This document shows, piece after piece, positions 19,077 through 28,196 of a stretch of 64,000 bases of DNA (within the stretch, counting starts at the first letter, position 1; every line of letters begins with the position of its first letter). This DNA comes from Gammaproteobacteria bacterium (GTDB lineage Bacteria; Pseudomonadota; Gammaproteobacteria; Eutrophobiales; Eutrophobiaceae): positions 512,001 through 576,000 of the forward strand of contig OZ244905.1 of NCBI GenBank assembly GCA_965221695.1, read 5' to 3'. Position numbers and translations under genes: made by a program. The notes beneath the pieces were generated by a model, which saw only the letters and a list, made by a program, of their open reading frames with translations, was not told the origin of the DNA and did no database searches.

Positions 19077-21451
19077 TCGCCAGTTCGTCCGCTGGCTTCT
19101 AAAGTTTCAGCACTGACGGATAATTGACCCGTCTCGTCGGTTACGCGCGCCAGGACGGCGGCTCTGCCGTTTTCACTGGTAACGCTATCAGGACCGATGA
19201 TTTTCAAGCCCTCCCCCACTCTGAATTTGATGCGCAGTCCGGTGACCGGAACAGTCGTTGCGTTGGCGTCGATGATCCGAGCATGAACAAACAGCAGATC
19301 ATTGAGCGTCGGAGTTATTCCCCAGGTTGCAAGCCGGGCCTCAACAGACACTGCCGCGCCGGGTGTGCGCACCCTGTGGCGCGCGATTTCTCTGCCTTGC
19401 AGGTAAGCGACTGCTTCCAGTACGCCTGGAATAAAACGTTCAATATGAAAAGTAAATGGCGGGTGTCGCAGGTTCCAGGACATCCGATCCTGGTCGGGGC
19501 TTCGTCGCTCAAGACTCCTGCCATTCAGAAACAGCTCCACCTCATCGCCATTGGAAAAAACCCGTACCCTACGCGGCGAATCTTCCCGCCATTCGTTTGC
19601 AATATGGATGACCGGTCCGCCGGAAAAACGTGTCGAAAATTCATCAGCATCGCGTTGACTGCGAAAAAAATAATAGGCGGGTTTAGGCAACCGTTCCAGG
19701 CTCATCAGCCCCGAAGCTTCGAGATCATCCGCATAGCCGCGATTATAGTCGAACATCGCCCAGTAACCGTCGGCAAAAGCCGGTGTGGAAAGATTATCAT
19801 TATGCGCTTCCTGCACATTGGTCGCTTGTTGCAATAACCTGATTTCACCGTCGGCCAGCAGTTGGCGACTGTTGCGCGCCGCTTCTTCCAGGTTTTGCCA
19901 TTCGTGCTGTTGCAACCCGGCATTCTGGGCATAATATTCCCAATCGCCATACTCCGATACGAGATAGGGCTTAGCCGGAATGGGACGATCCGGATGCAAC
20001 AGACGGTGTTGCCGGGCTTGCAGGTAGATGTCATACCCTTCCGGCAACCAGCCGGCGGAATAGCCCTGGTTGCCCGGATATTCCTCGCGTACAATATCAG
20101 CAAATGCTTCCACCAGCGTCTGCGGCATTGGACTCTCGTTCAGTGAACACTCCCACGCAAAGACACTGGGATGATTGCGGTCGCGCCGCACCAGGTCGCG
20201 ACAAGTCTGTAACACATGTTTGTTGAAGACCGGATCAGGATTGTAGTATTGCCAACCCGGAATTGCGTTCAGAAGAACCAGACCCAACTCATCCGCGGCG
20301 CGCATGAAATGGCGCGAATGCGGGTAATGAGACAAGCGCACATAGTCAAAACCGGCTTCTTTTATCAGTTTGGCATCGCGGAAATCAGCGTTTGGCGGCA
20401 ACGCATAGCCTACATAAGGGTATTCCTGATGCCTGTTCACGCCGCGTAAAAACAGTTTCTCGCCATTGATTCGAATGCCCTCCGTAGAAACATCGATATG
20501 CCGGATGCCAATTTGCGTTTCACGCTCATCGATCACCCTGTCCTTGCTCACTACCTGTGTTCTAAGTTGATAAAGCGCAGGCGCGCGCGGTGTCCACAGT
20601 CTTGGGGACACAACGATGATATTCGTTGTATGTTCAAGGTCAGAACCGGCATTGATCTGTATTTCCTCCGAACTCCTGGTTGCGACTGCTTGGTCGCCAT
20701 CCAGCAAAGTATGGACGATATTGAAATGCCGCGGGGTTTCCCCCTGGTTGGCAATATGAGTTTTTATCCTTACATCAGCGCGGACCTGGGTCACTTGGGG
20801 ATAGGTGATGAACACACCGCCGCCAGCCACGCGCTTTGCCAGCATTTCATCGGTAATATGCAGGCTATCGCGCAACAACAGTCTGACCTCGCGATACAGC
20901 CCGCCATAAAAATTGAAATCGAGCTCAGCTAGCGGCTTAGGGCCGGTCAGTGGATTATCCCGATTATCCAGGTGGATCAGCAAACGGTTTTGTTCGCCAA
21001 ACCGGAGTTTGTCAGAGAGGTCTACCGTGAACGGCAGATAGCCGCCCATATGCGCAAAGATATGCTCGCCGTTCGAATAGACCTGGGCAACACCCATAGC
21101 GCCCTCAAACCGCAACCACACAGTTTTGCCTCGCCACGCCCGGTGGGCAAAAAGAGAACGCTTGTACAGCGCATCGCCCTGCCATTGGTCATTGACGATG
21201 CGCGGTTCGATCTTTGCGCTATGTGGCAACAGAACCGGTTGCCAACCAGACACCGGGGGAGCGCTCGGCTTATACGTATCGCCGGGTTCAAAACGATAAA
21301 ACAACCAGTCATCCGTGAGTAATTGTTCGCTTGGTAACTGCTGCGCCAAAGCCGTTGTTTCAGTAGTCACCGCGGCCATCACCAAACCGGCTTGGCTATA
21401 CACAAATAAGGAAATCGCCGAAACGAAAATAGCCGATAACATGTTCACCAC
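18995..21451 (-). CDS. GH2 beta-galactosidase, exported
   Basis: GGYLPF, YGGLYR, RGVNRHQEYP, RLSHYP, RDRNHPS..W...NE and SEYG motifs; signal peptide. Confidence 0.92.
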   Translation of the reverse strand: MVNMLSAIFVSAISLFVYSQAGLVMAAVTTETTALAQQLPSEQLLTDDWLFYRFEPGDTYKPSAPPVSGWQPVLLPHSAKIEPRIVNDQWQGDALYKRSLFAHRAWRGKTVWLRFEGAMGVAQVYSNGEHIFAHMGGYLPFTVDLSDKLRFGEQNRLLIHLDNRDNPLTGPKPLAELDFNFYGGLYREVRLLLRDSLHITDEMLAKRVAGGGVFITYPQVTQVRADVRIKTHIANQGETPRHFNIVHTLLDGDQAVATRSSEEIQINAGSDLEHTTNIIVVSPRLWTPRAPALYQLRTQVVSKDRVIDERETQIGIRHIDVSTEGIRINGEKLFLRGVNRHQEYPYVGYALPPNADFRDAKLIKEAGFDYVRLSHYPHSRHFMRAADELGLVLLNAIPGWQYYNPDPVFNKHVLQTCRDLVRRDRNHPSVFAWECSLNESPMPQTLVEAFADIVREEYPGNQGYSAGWLPEGYDIYLQARQHRLLHPDRPIPAKPYLVSEYGDWEYYAQNAGLQQHEWQNLEEAARNSRQLLADGEIRLLQQATNVQEAHNDNLSTPAFADGYWAMFDYNRGYADDLEASGLMSLERLPKPAYYFFRSQRDADEFSTRFSGGPVIHIANEWREDSPRRVRVFSNGDEVELFLNGRSLERRSPDQDRMSWNLRHPPFTFHIERFIPGVLEAVAYLQGREIARHRVRTPGAAVSVEARLATWGITPTLNDLLFVHARIIDANATTVPVTGLRIKFRVGEGLKIIGPDSVTSENGRAAVLARVTDETGQLSVSAETLEASGRTGDYHQVAYSAARIRMTPIEAILNPVVVR

Positions 21452-24400
21452 ATCTTCCAGTTCATGCCCAGGAAAAAGGTTCGACCATAAACGCTGTAGG
21501 AGCGCAAATTCTGGTCATCGTTATTTTGCGTGGTGCGGGATGTGTCGTTGGTCAGGTTCTGGCCTTGCAAACGCAGCGAGAGATTAGTATTTAGCTGATA
21601 AGCCAGGCTGGCGTCGATACTGATGGCAGAGTCCAAACCGCGCAATGTTGAACCGTCCCAACCGAAGCCAATGGTAAAGTCCGAGTGGTATTTCATTCCC
21701 AGGCGCAAATCAAACTTGTTCCAGTAAAACCACAAGTCAGCGGTTGCCGTGTGTTTGGCTAAACCCGCGATAGTATAAGGGTTGTGTGCGGGATGAAATT
21801 CCTCAATATCCGAATCGGCAAATGCGTAATTTGTATAGATGCCGGCGGACAAACCCTTCAGGCCGCTCGGCAATAATCCAGTAAATGGCGCCTGGAACGT
21901 AAGCTCCACTCCGCGGGTATCCCCTTCCAGTCCGTTTACCGGGGCGAATAACTCCAATATGCGGCCATCTCTTTCTTCGATGCTGCGGGTAATATAACCG
22001 ATATAATTATCTATCCACTTGTAATATAGGTTGACTGCCGCCAGGGATTCCGGGGCAAAATACCACTCGTAGGAGAGGTCAACCTGTGTTGCGGTGAAAG
22101 GATCCAGCCTGGGGTTGCCCGAATTGCCCTCTATCCGGCCAGAGGTGGCATTGATAATTTTACCCACACGCAATTCATCCAAAGGCGGGCGCGATATGGC
22201 TTTGGCTATACCCATGCGCACTATATTTTCTTCATCGAGAAAAAAGTTGATGCCCGCGCTGGGCAGAATTTCGGTGTAATCGTTACTGATGGACGCGCCG
22301 AACAGGTTATAACTCTTTGTGCCCACATCGACGATGCGCACGCCAATATTGGCCGTATAATAGCGGGCGTCGCCAAACACGCCTTTAAAGTTCGCCTTGA
22401 TATAGCCGGCCAGGTTGTCCTCGCTGACCTTCCAGTATCTTTCCCTGTCCACCCTGGACAGCTTGGTATCGACGCCACCGAATGCATCCGCCGCAACCTG
22501 GAAAGACGGCGCTGTCAGCAGCGGCGGCGCGGCAAACGCAGAAATACGATAGCAGCGGAAAACATCCGCTAATGCCTGCGCAGTTCCGCCGCCGTAAGAC
22601 ATAGTGAAGTCTTCCCAGATGACTTCTTTTTCACGGTCGGCGTAACGAACACCGAAATCAAGCCCGCTGAACTGGCCCTTGTCAAAAGACATCCTGAAAT
22701 CCAGTTGATAAGACCAGAGATCATCCTCCAACCCGGAACCTTCGTTGTAACTGTCGCGGACAATCAATTGCGCGCGCGCTGGCATCTCAGCAAGCGAGCC
22801 GGCAGGAGCGCTGATTGAAGGACGGCTACGAAAATCGTATCGGAAAGTCACATCCTGCTGATCGAGATACAGGCTGTGCCAGTAGTTGTCGCGTTCCGCT
22901 GTTGAATAGGCGATGTCAGCGCTGACCTGCAACCTCCTGCCTGACAATACGATATTCAGTCCCTGTGTGAATATCGAATTTGTCTGGTTATATCTCGCCA
23001 GCACATGGCGGATCTCAAAATCGTGCGCAGTGGCCGCCACGGCAAGATCATCAACAATCACCACATCTGAATAACGGCCAGTCTGTTGATTATCCCAATT
23101 GCCCAGGCCCTGATACCAGGTGTGGTCCTGTTCCACGTCAAATTCAAATTCAGCGTAGACAGCGTCGTATTTAATATCGATCGCAGCATTGGGGCGAAAT
23201 TGCAACGCACCGAACAAGCCGATCCGGTCGGTATTCATTTTATCCGTTTCCAGTTGCGCGCCCCAAGGCGCATAGGCCTTGGCGCCCTTGCCATCCAGGT
23301 CGCCACCGCCGGCAGGAAGATTGGGCTGGCCTTTCGAGCCGGTATTAAATCCCCAGGCCTGGTACAGAGGAGAGCCGTTCTTTTGCTTCTGGGTGGTAAA
23401 ACCCAATGCTATGCCGACTTTTTCATCGGCGAATGCTTTCACCAACGAACCGCTGAAGCGGTTGCCCCATTGATTGTAATCGGGAATATCCTTGCCTGCA
23501 TCGTAATAGACGCCGGCGCCGCTTAGCGTGTATCTGGGTCCGTTATGCTCCAGTGGCGAGATGGTTTCCAGGTTGATTGTCCCGGCGATGCCACCGGCAA
23601 TCAGGTCGGCAGACTGAGTTTTGTATACCTGGACCCGAGAAATCAATTCCGCCGGGTATTGTTCCCAGCGGATGTTGCGGCTCGGTTCGGAGCTGGCTAC
23701 CTCGCGCCCGTTGACCGTGCCCAGCGCCATACGCGGTCCCAGTCCCCTGAGTGTCGCCTGGCTTTGGTTGCCCCGATCGCGTGTGCCGTTTACTCCCGGG
23801 AGACGTATCAGCGCTTCGGCAATCGTTATATTCGGCAACGCATCTATATCATCCAGCGACAACGTCTCGACGATGTGCTCTGACGCAGACTTGATATCCA
23901 GCGCATCTTTGAGCGCGCGACGGATAGCTATTACTTTCACTTCCTCTATGACATGTTCACTTGCTGCTACTGTGTCTGTTTCGGCGTCGGTTTCATCGTC
24001 GGCTGGCGCTGTTTCAACATTGGCTTGCGCGTGTTCTTCAGATGCGTCTGCGATCATGATATCGGATGCCCAGTCATGCGTTGAACGGTGGCCAAACGCG
24101 CTTGCCTGTCTGATTGCATTCAGGTCGTAAGACGCCGTCAATCCGATACGATAGTCATTGTCCGTGTTTTGTCCGGTAAGTTGTTCACCGAAGAAGTCCC
24201 AACGCCATCCGTTCGCTGAATCCAACCGTGTGCCCATACGCAAGCGGGATACGCCATTGGCCGCCAGACTCACTTCGGTGAAAGGAGTCAACAAGCCCCG
24301 TGGCGTGCCTATACCATAACGGAGTTCCAGATCCATTCGCTGGGGTTCCCAAGAAGGTTTGGCGCTTGCTGTGGTGGAAGCAATCTGTTCCAGGCTACCA

Positions 24401-27400
24401 CTCCTAAGACGCTGATCCGAGCGCCATAGAGCAGTATTATCGTCAACCTGACCCCACGCGGGTTGCAGGGACATAGCCAGACCTTCAGCGCCCAAATCAG
24501 TTTCGACGTTAACCGTCAATTGCGCCCCCCATTCCTTAATTGCTTTTACGTCATGGACCAGCAGATAGCGACCACTGGCTTGTACATTGAGCCCCAAACG
24601 AGTGTCTGTATACGATAATCCACCACCCAATTCCGCACCCAAACCTGTTTCCGCATCGCCACCATCCCAGCGCGCGCCCAGCTCAAGGCGCGGGGCTAAC
24701 TGCGAATGTTGCGACAGCGCCCAGTTCGCGCGCCCTTCCAGCGCTACCCGCGCCCGGCTCGAATGGGCATGTGCTGACGGTAGCGCGCCAGCGCTGCTTA
24801 ACTCCTTTGACACATCGAAGGCATTGGCCTGATCTGATTCCATCCAAACGCCGAAAACATCGGCCTTCACGGCCAGCATAATCTGATCCAGACTTGTCAG
24901 TTCGTTGCGTCCACCCAGCGCCGCAAGCCACATTTCAAGTCCAGTATCGAGATTCTCAATCGTGTTATCAGACAATGATACTTCACCGAATCCATAACCC
25001 AACACACCCCACAAACCCAGGCCAGGCCGCGGCGACCAATGCGCATAAGGGTAAATATTTCTCAATGTCGTCTCCAACTCGCCGCTACCGCTGGCGTCAC
25101 TGGTATAGTCCAGTTCGCCCATACTTTGAGAGATAGCCACCCCCAGCAACATATCCGTATTCCAGCGATAATCCAAACCCAGGTAGCCTGAGATTACCTC
25201 ACCGTCCAGTGACAGATTATTTGTCGGTCGGCTGTCAAAACCACTCATACTGCCCCGACCCCAGAGTGTCCAGGCCGCGACGCTGCCTTGATCATCCTGT
25301 TCACCTAACGCCAGTTGGAACGCGCTTTGCGACAGCAATTCGCGAACTGAAAAGATACCGGGGCGCGGACTGTCCGCCAGCTTGACTTGCATCCCTTGTG
25401 ATGATGATGACGAAGCAGCAAAACGTCCACTTAACATATCCACGGCGTCCGCCGCCATGGTTCGTCCCACAACAGCCAAACCCGCTTCCATTGTCTGCTC
25501 CAGTTGCGCAGAATCAGTGATGATGGCAGTTGCGACCTGATTCGACCAGGCGCTGTTCCAGCCCAGACGACTGGCGCTCACCGCATACCGGTAGATTATC
25601 CCCGCTTTCACTGCATTGTCCGTATATACAGTGTCCGCAACGACCCACGCCAGCCATTCCGGCGCACACACCGTATCTCCGTCCTCACACCGGTACATAT
25701 TGTAACCATCCAGTTCGCCGCCACTATCGTTCGACGGCGCCCCCCAACTCAGACGTACCCCGTTAATGCTGGACGAGGTGACTGTCAATCCTGTCGGCGC
25801 ATCCGGTCCTTTGACAATGACTACTAGCGCATCGGATTGGCTACTCTCCCCTGCGCCGCTGTTGGCGCTGACTGTGTAACAATAGGTGGCGCCCTTGCTG
25901 ACGGTTGTGTCCTCGGCCAATACAGTGTCTACCGCCAGGTTGGTCTGTAGCGCAATCAATTCGGCGCAACTGCTGCCGTCGCCCCGGTAGACGGTATAAT
26001 TGGTTAACGGATGGGTGCCTGTATCAGCGGGCGCCGTCCAACTCAAGGTTACTTTTTCTTCATTTGCTTGCGCGCGTAAACCTGTCGGTGTTCCAGGCGC
26101 TACCGGAACCCTCGGGGTAGCCGTCACCTGGTTCGACCACTCGCTGCCCCACCCCAAACGACTGGCTCCCACTGCGTACCGATAGGTTTTGCCGGCAGTC
26201 ACACCCGTGTCCTCATAGGCCGTGTCGCTCGTCACCCACGCCAGCCACTCCGGCGTACACACCGTCTCACCCTCTACACACCGGTACACGTTGTAGCCAT
26301 CCAATGACCCGCCGCCATCGTCCGCCGGGGCCGTCCAACTCAAAATCACTTTTTGTTCATTCGCTTGCGCGCTTAATCCTGTCGGCGTTCCCGGCGGCTT
26401 TGGCTCCTTTGCCGTGACTGTCACCTGGTTTGACCACTTGCTGCCCCACCCCAAGCGATTGGCTCCTACTGCGTAACGATACGTTTTGTCGACAGTCACT
26501 CCCATATCTTTATAGGTTGTGCCGCCCGGCGCCCAGTCCAGCCACTCCGGCGTACACGCCGCTTCGTTCTCCTCACACCGGTACACGTTATAGCCATCCA
26601 ACGCGCCACCCCCATCGTCCGCAGGCGCCGTCCAACTCAAGCCGATATCGTTGGCGCTTATCGAATTCACAGTCAAACCGATTGGCGCACTTGGCCCCAC
26701 AACCTTCACCTGTACAGTTTGAGATCGGGAACTCTCTCCCGCCCGGCTGCTGGCGGTGATCTGGTAACAATAAGTACTACCTTTTGACACCGTTATGTCT
26801 TCTGCAGATCTGTTATCGAGTGATATATGTCTTCGAAACGTGACAAAGCGGGAACAACCTTCTCCCTCACTCCGATACAGGATATACGCCGTCAACCTGT
26901 GGCTCCCTCTATTGGCCGGCGCTTTCCAACGCAAGACCACTTTTTCTTCATTTGCTTGCGCGCGCAATCCTGTCGGCGTACCTGGCGCCTTGGGCGCTAC
27001 CGGGGCTTGTGCCGTGGCCGTCACCTGGTTCGACCAACTGCTGCCCCAATTCAAGCGACTGGCGCCCACTGCGTAACGATAGGTTTTACCAGCAGTCACT
27101 CCCGTATCTTCGTAGGTCGTACCGCTCGTTACCCAGGCCAACCACTCCGGCGTACACGCCGTCTCGCCTTCCATACACCGGTAGACGTTGTAACCATCCA
27201 ACGCGCCGCCACCATCGTCCACCGGCGCCGCCCATCCCAACCTGATAGCTTTGGCTTTCGCCGAACTTACTGTCAAACCAGTCGGCGCATCAGGACCTTT
27301 GACGGTCACCACCACAGTGTTGGATTGGCTACCCTCGCCAGCGATGCTGCTGGCGCTGACTGTGTAACAATAGACGCTGTTCTTGCTCACCGTCGTGTCC

Positions 27401-27954
27401 TCTACGGCATTGTTAATTACCGCGAGATGGCTATGTAGCGCAGTCAACCCTACGCAACTGCTGTCGTCGCCCCGATAGACGGTATAAGCAGTTAACGGAT
27501 GAGAACCTGGATCAGCCGGAACTTTCCAACGCAAGGTCACTTTTTCTTCATTCGCTTGTGCGCTTAATCCTGCCGGCGCGCTGGGCGCCTGTGGCGTAAC
27601 TGCCTTCGCTATCACCTGGTTCGACCAGTTGCTTACGGCAGAATTTCGTGATGCGGCCACAGCGTAACGATATGTTTTTTCTTCAGTCACTCCAGTGTCT
27701 TCATAACTCGTCCCGCTCGTCACCCAAGCCAACCACTCTGGTGTGCACGCCGTCGTCCCTTCCTCGCATCGGTACACGTTGTATCCATCCAACACTCCAC
27801 TGCCATCATCCGCTGGCGCAGTCCAGGTCAAACCAATCGTTGTGCTACTGGTTGAGCTCACTTGCAGTCCCATCGGAGCAGGCGTTGTCTGTGCAATAGC
27901 GTGTGACAACAAGCAGATCAGAAACACGCTTATGCCAAAGCGAAACAACAACAT
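21445..27954 (-). CDS. Fusion protein: signal peptide + 8 FN3 domains + autotransporter-type beta-barrel + TonB-dependent receptor
   Basis: FN3 repeats ~27890-25525; helix plus barrel (WTLWGRG...GYLGLDY...RWDGGDAETGLGAELGGG...YRIGLTASY) ~25500-24120; TonB-box-like IEEVKV, plug (LPNITIAEALIRLPGV), GNPRLDPF and terminal GRTFFLGMNWKMW ~23960-21445. Confidence 0.85.
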   Translation of the reverse strand: MLLFRFGISVFLICLLSHAIAQTTPAPMGLQVSSTSSTTIGLTWTAPADDGSGVLDGYNVYRCEEGTTACTPEWLAWVTSGTSYEDTGVTEEKTYRYAVAASRNSAVSNWSNQVIAKAVTPQAPSAPAGLSAQANEEKVTLRWKVPADPGSHPLTAYTVYRGDDSSCVGLTALHSHLAVINNAVEDTTVSKNSVYCYTVSASSIAGEGSQSNTVVVTVKGPDAPTGLTVSSAKAKAIRLGWAAPVDDGGGALDGYNVYRCMEGETACTPEWLAWVTSGTTYEDTGVTAGKTYRYAVGASRLNWGSSWSNQVTATAQAPVAPKAPGTPTGLRAQANEEKVVLRWKAPANRGSHRLTAYILYRSEGEGCSRFVTFRRHISLDNRSAEDITVSKGSTYCYQITASSRAGESSRSQTVQVKVVGPSAPIGLTVNSISANDIGLSWTAPADDGGGALDGYNVYRCEENEAACTPEWLDWAPGGTTYKDMGVTVDKTYRYAVGANRLGWGSKWSNQVTVTAKEPKPPGTPTGLSAQANEQKVILSWTAPADDGGGSLDGYNVYRCVEGETVCTPEWLAWVTSDTAYEDTGVTAGKTYRYAVGASRLGWGSEWSNQVTATPRVPVAPGTPTGLRAQANEEKVTLSWTAPADTGTHPLTNYTVYRGDGSSCAELIALQTNLAVDTVLAEDTTVSKGATYCYTVSANSGAGESSQSDALVVIVKGPDAPTGLTVTSSSINGVRLSWGAPSNDSGGELDGYNMYRCEDGDTVCAPEWLAWVVADTVYTDNAVKAGIIYRYAVSASRLGWNSAWSNQVATAIITDSAQLEQTMEAGLAVVGRTMAADAVDMLSGRFAASSSSSQGMQVKLADSPRPGIFSVRELLSQSAFQLALGEQDDQGSVAAWTLWGRGSMSGFDSRPTNNLSLDGEVISGYLGLDYRWNTDMLLGVAISQSMGELDYTSDASGSGELETTLRNIYPYAHWSPRPGLGLWGVLGYGFGEVSLSDNTIENLDTGLEMWLAALGGRNELTSLDQIMLAVKADVFGVWMESDQANAFDVSKELSSAGALPSAHAHSSRARVALEGRANWALSQHSQLAPRLELGARWDGGDAETGLGAELGGGLSYTDTRLGLNVQASGRYLLVHDVKAIKEWGAQLTVNVETDLGAEGLAMSLQPAWGQVDDNTALWRSDQRLRSGSLEQIASTTASAKPSWEPQRMDLELRYGIGTPRGLLTPFTEVSLAANGVSRLRMGTRLDSANGWRWDFFGEQLTGQNTDNDYRIGLTASYDLNAIRQASAFGHRSTHDWASDIMIADASEEHAQANVETAPADDETDAETDTVAASEHVIEEVKVIAIRRALKDALDIKSASEHIVETLSLDDIDALPNITIAEALIRLPGVNGTRDRGNQSQATLRGLGPRMALGTVNGREVASSEPSRNIRWEQYPAELISRVQVYKTQSADLIAGGIAGTINLETISPLEHNGPRYTLSGAGVYYDAGKDIPDYNQWGNRFSGSLVKAFADEKVGIALGFTTQKQKNGSPLYQAWGFNTGSKGQPNLPAGGGDLDGKGAKAYAPWGAQLETDKMNTDRIGLFGALQFRPNAAIDIKYDAVYAEFEFDVEQDHTWYQGLGNWDNQQTGRYSDVVIVDDLAVAATAHDFEIRHVLARYNQTNSIFTQGLNIVLSGRRLQVSADIAYSTAERDNYWHSLYLDQQDVTFRYDFRSRPSISAPAGSLAEMPARAQLIVRDSYNEGSGLEDDLWSYQLDFRMSFDKGQFSGLDFGVRYADREKEVIWEDFTMSYGGGTAQALADVFRCYRISAFAAPPLLTAPSFQVAADAFGGVDTKLSRVDRERYWKVSEDNLAGYIKANFKGVFGDARYYTANIGVRIVDVGTKSYNLFGASISNDYTEILPSAGINFFLDEENIVRMGIAKAISRPPLDELRVGKIINATSGRIEGNSGNPRLDPFTATQVDLSYEWYFAPESLAAVNLYYKWIDNYIGYITRSIEERDGRILELFAPVNGLEGDTRGVELTFQAPFTGLLPSGLKGLSAGIYTNYAFADSDIEEFHPAHNPYTIAGLAKHTATADLWFYWNKFDLRLGMKYHSDFTIGFGWDGSTLRGLDSAISIDASLAYQLNTNLSLRLQGQNLTNDTSRTTQNNDDQNLRSYSVYGRTFFLGMNWKMW
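25525..27890 (-). repeat. Intragenic tandem FN3 repeats of two alternating types
   Basis: Type A (LDGYNVYRCxEGxTxCTPEWLAWV) in 5 units and type B (HPLTAYTVYRG...YCY) in 3 units, with high DNA similarity. Confidence 0.88.
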
Positions 27955-27985
27955 CTCATACCCTCCTAAACAATTGAAAGTATTG

Positions 27986-28020
27986 TTAGTGAAGCTCTGA
28001 CTTAATCAGAGTTTCCTTAG
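27986..28020. mobile_element. 27-bp mini-MITE (two TIR-like halves only) flanked by TTAG direct repeats
   Basis: TTAG-TGAAGCTCTGACTTAATCAGAGTTTCC-TTAG; equivalent to the first hairpin of the full MITE. Confidence 0.6.
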
Positions 28021-28045
28021 ATCAAAAAATATCTTTAATACAGCA

Positions 28046-28086
28046 TTGCAATTATATATTATTTATAATATAATATAAACATGCAA
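28046..28086. promoter_or_regulatory. Overlapping divergent sigma70-like promoters carrying the shared AT motif
   Basis: Plus strand: TTGCAA (28046-28051) N17 TATAAT (28069-28074). Minus strand: TTGCAT (28086-28081) N17 AATAAT. ATAATATAAA at 28070-28079. Confidence 0.55.
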
Positions 28087-28196
28087 ATTTTTTTTTTTAG
28101 CGCTCTTCTGGCTTTTATGAGTCGGATCGTAGCCATGGTGTTGGTTTGACAAGGACAGGTAATTAAATTTTTTATGTTTTTCAGGAGGTTATATCC

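Noticed and set aside
25525-27890. DNA repeats as a CRISPR or DGR template/variable pair
   Set aside because: They are in-frame ~300-bp FN3 domains; differences are not adenine-specific and there is no reverse transcriptase.
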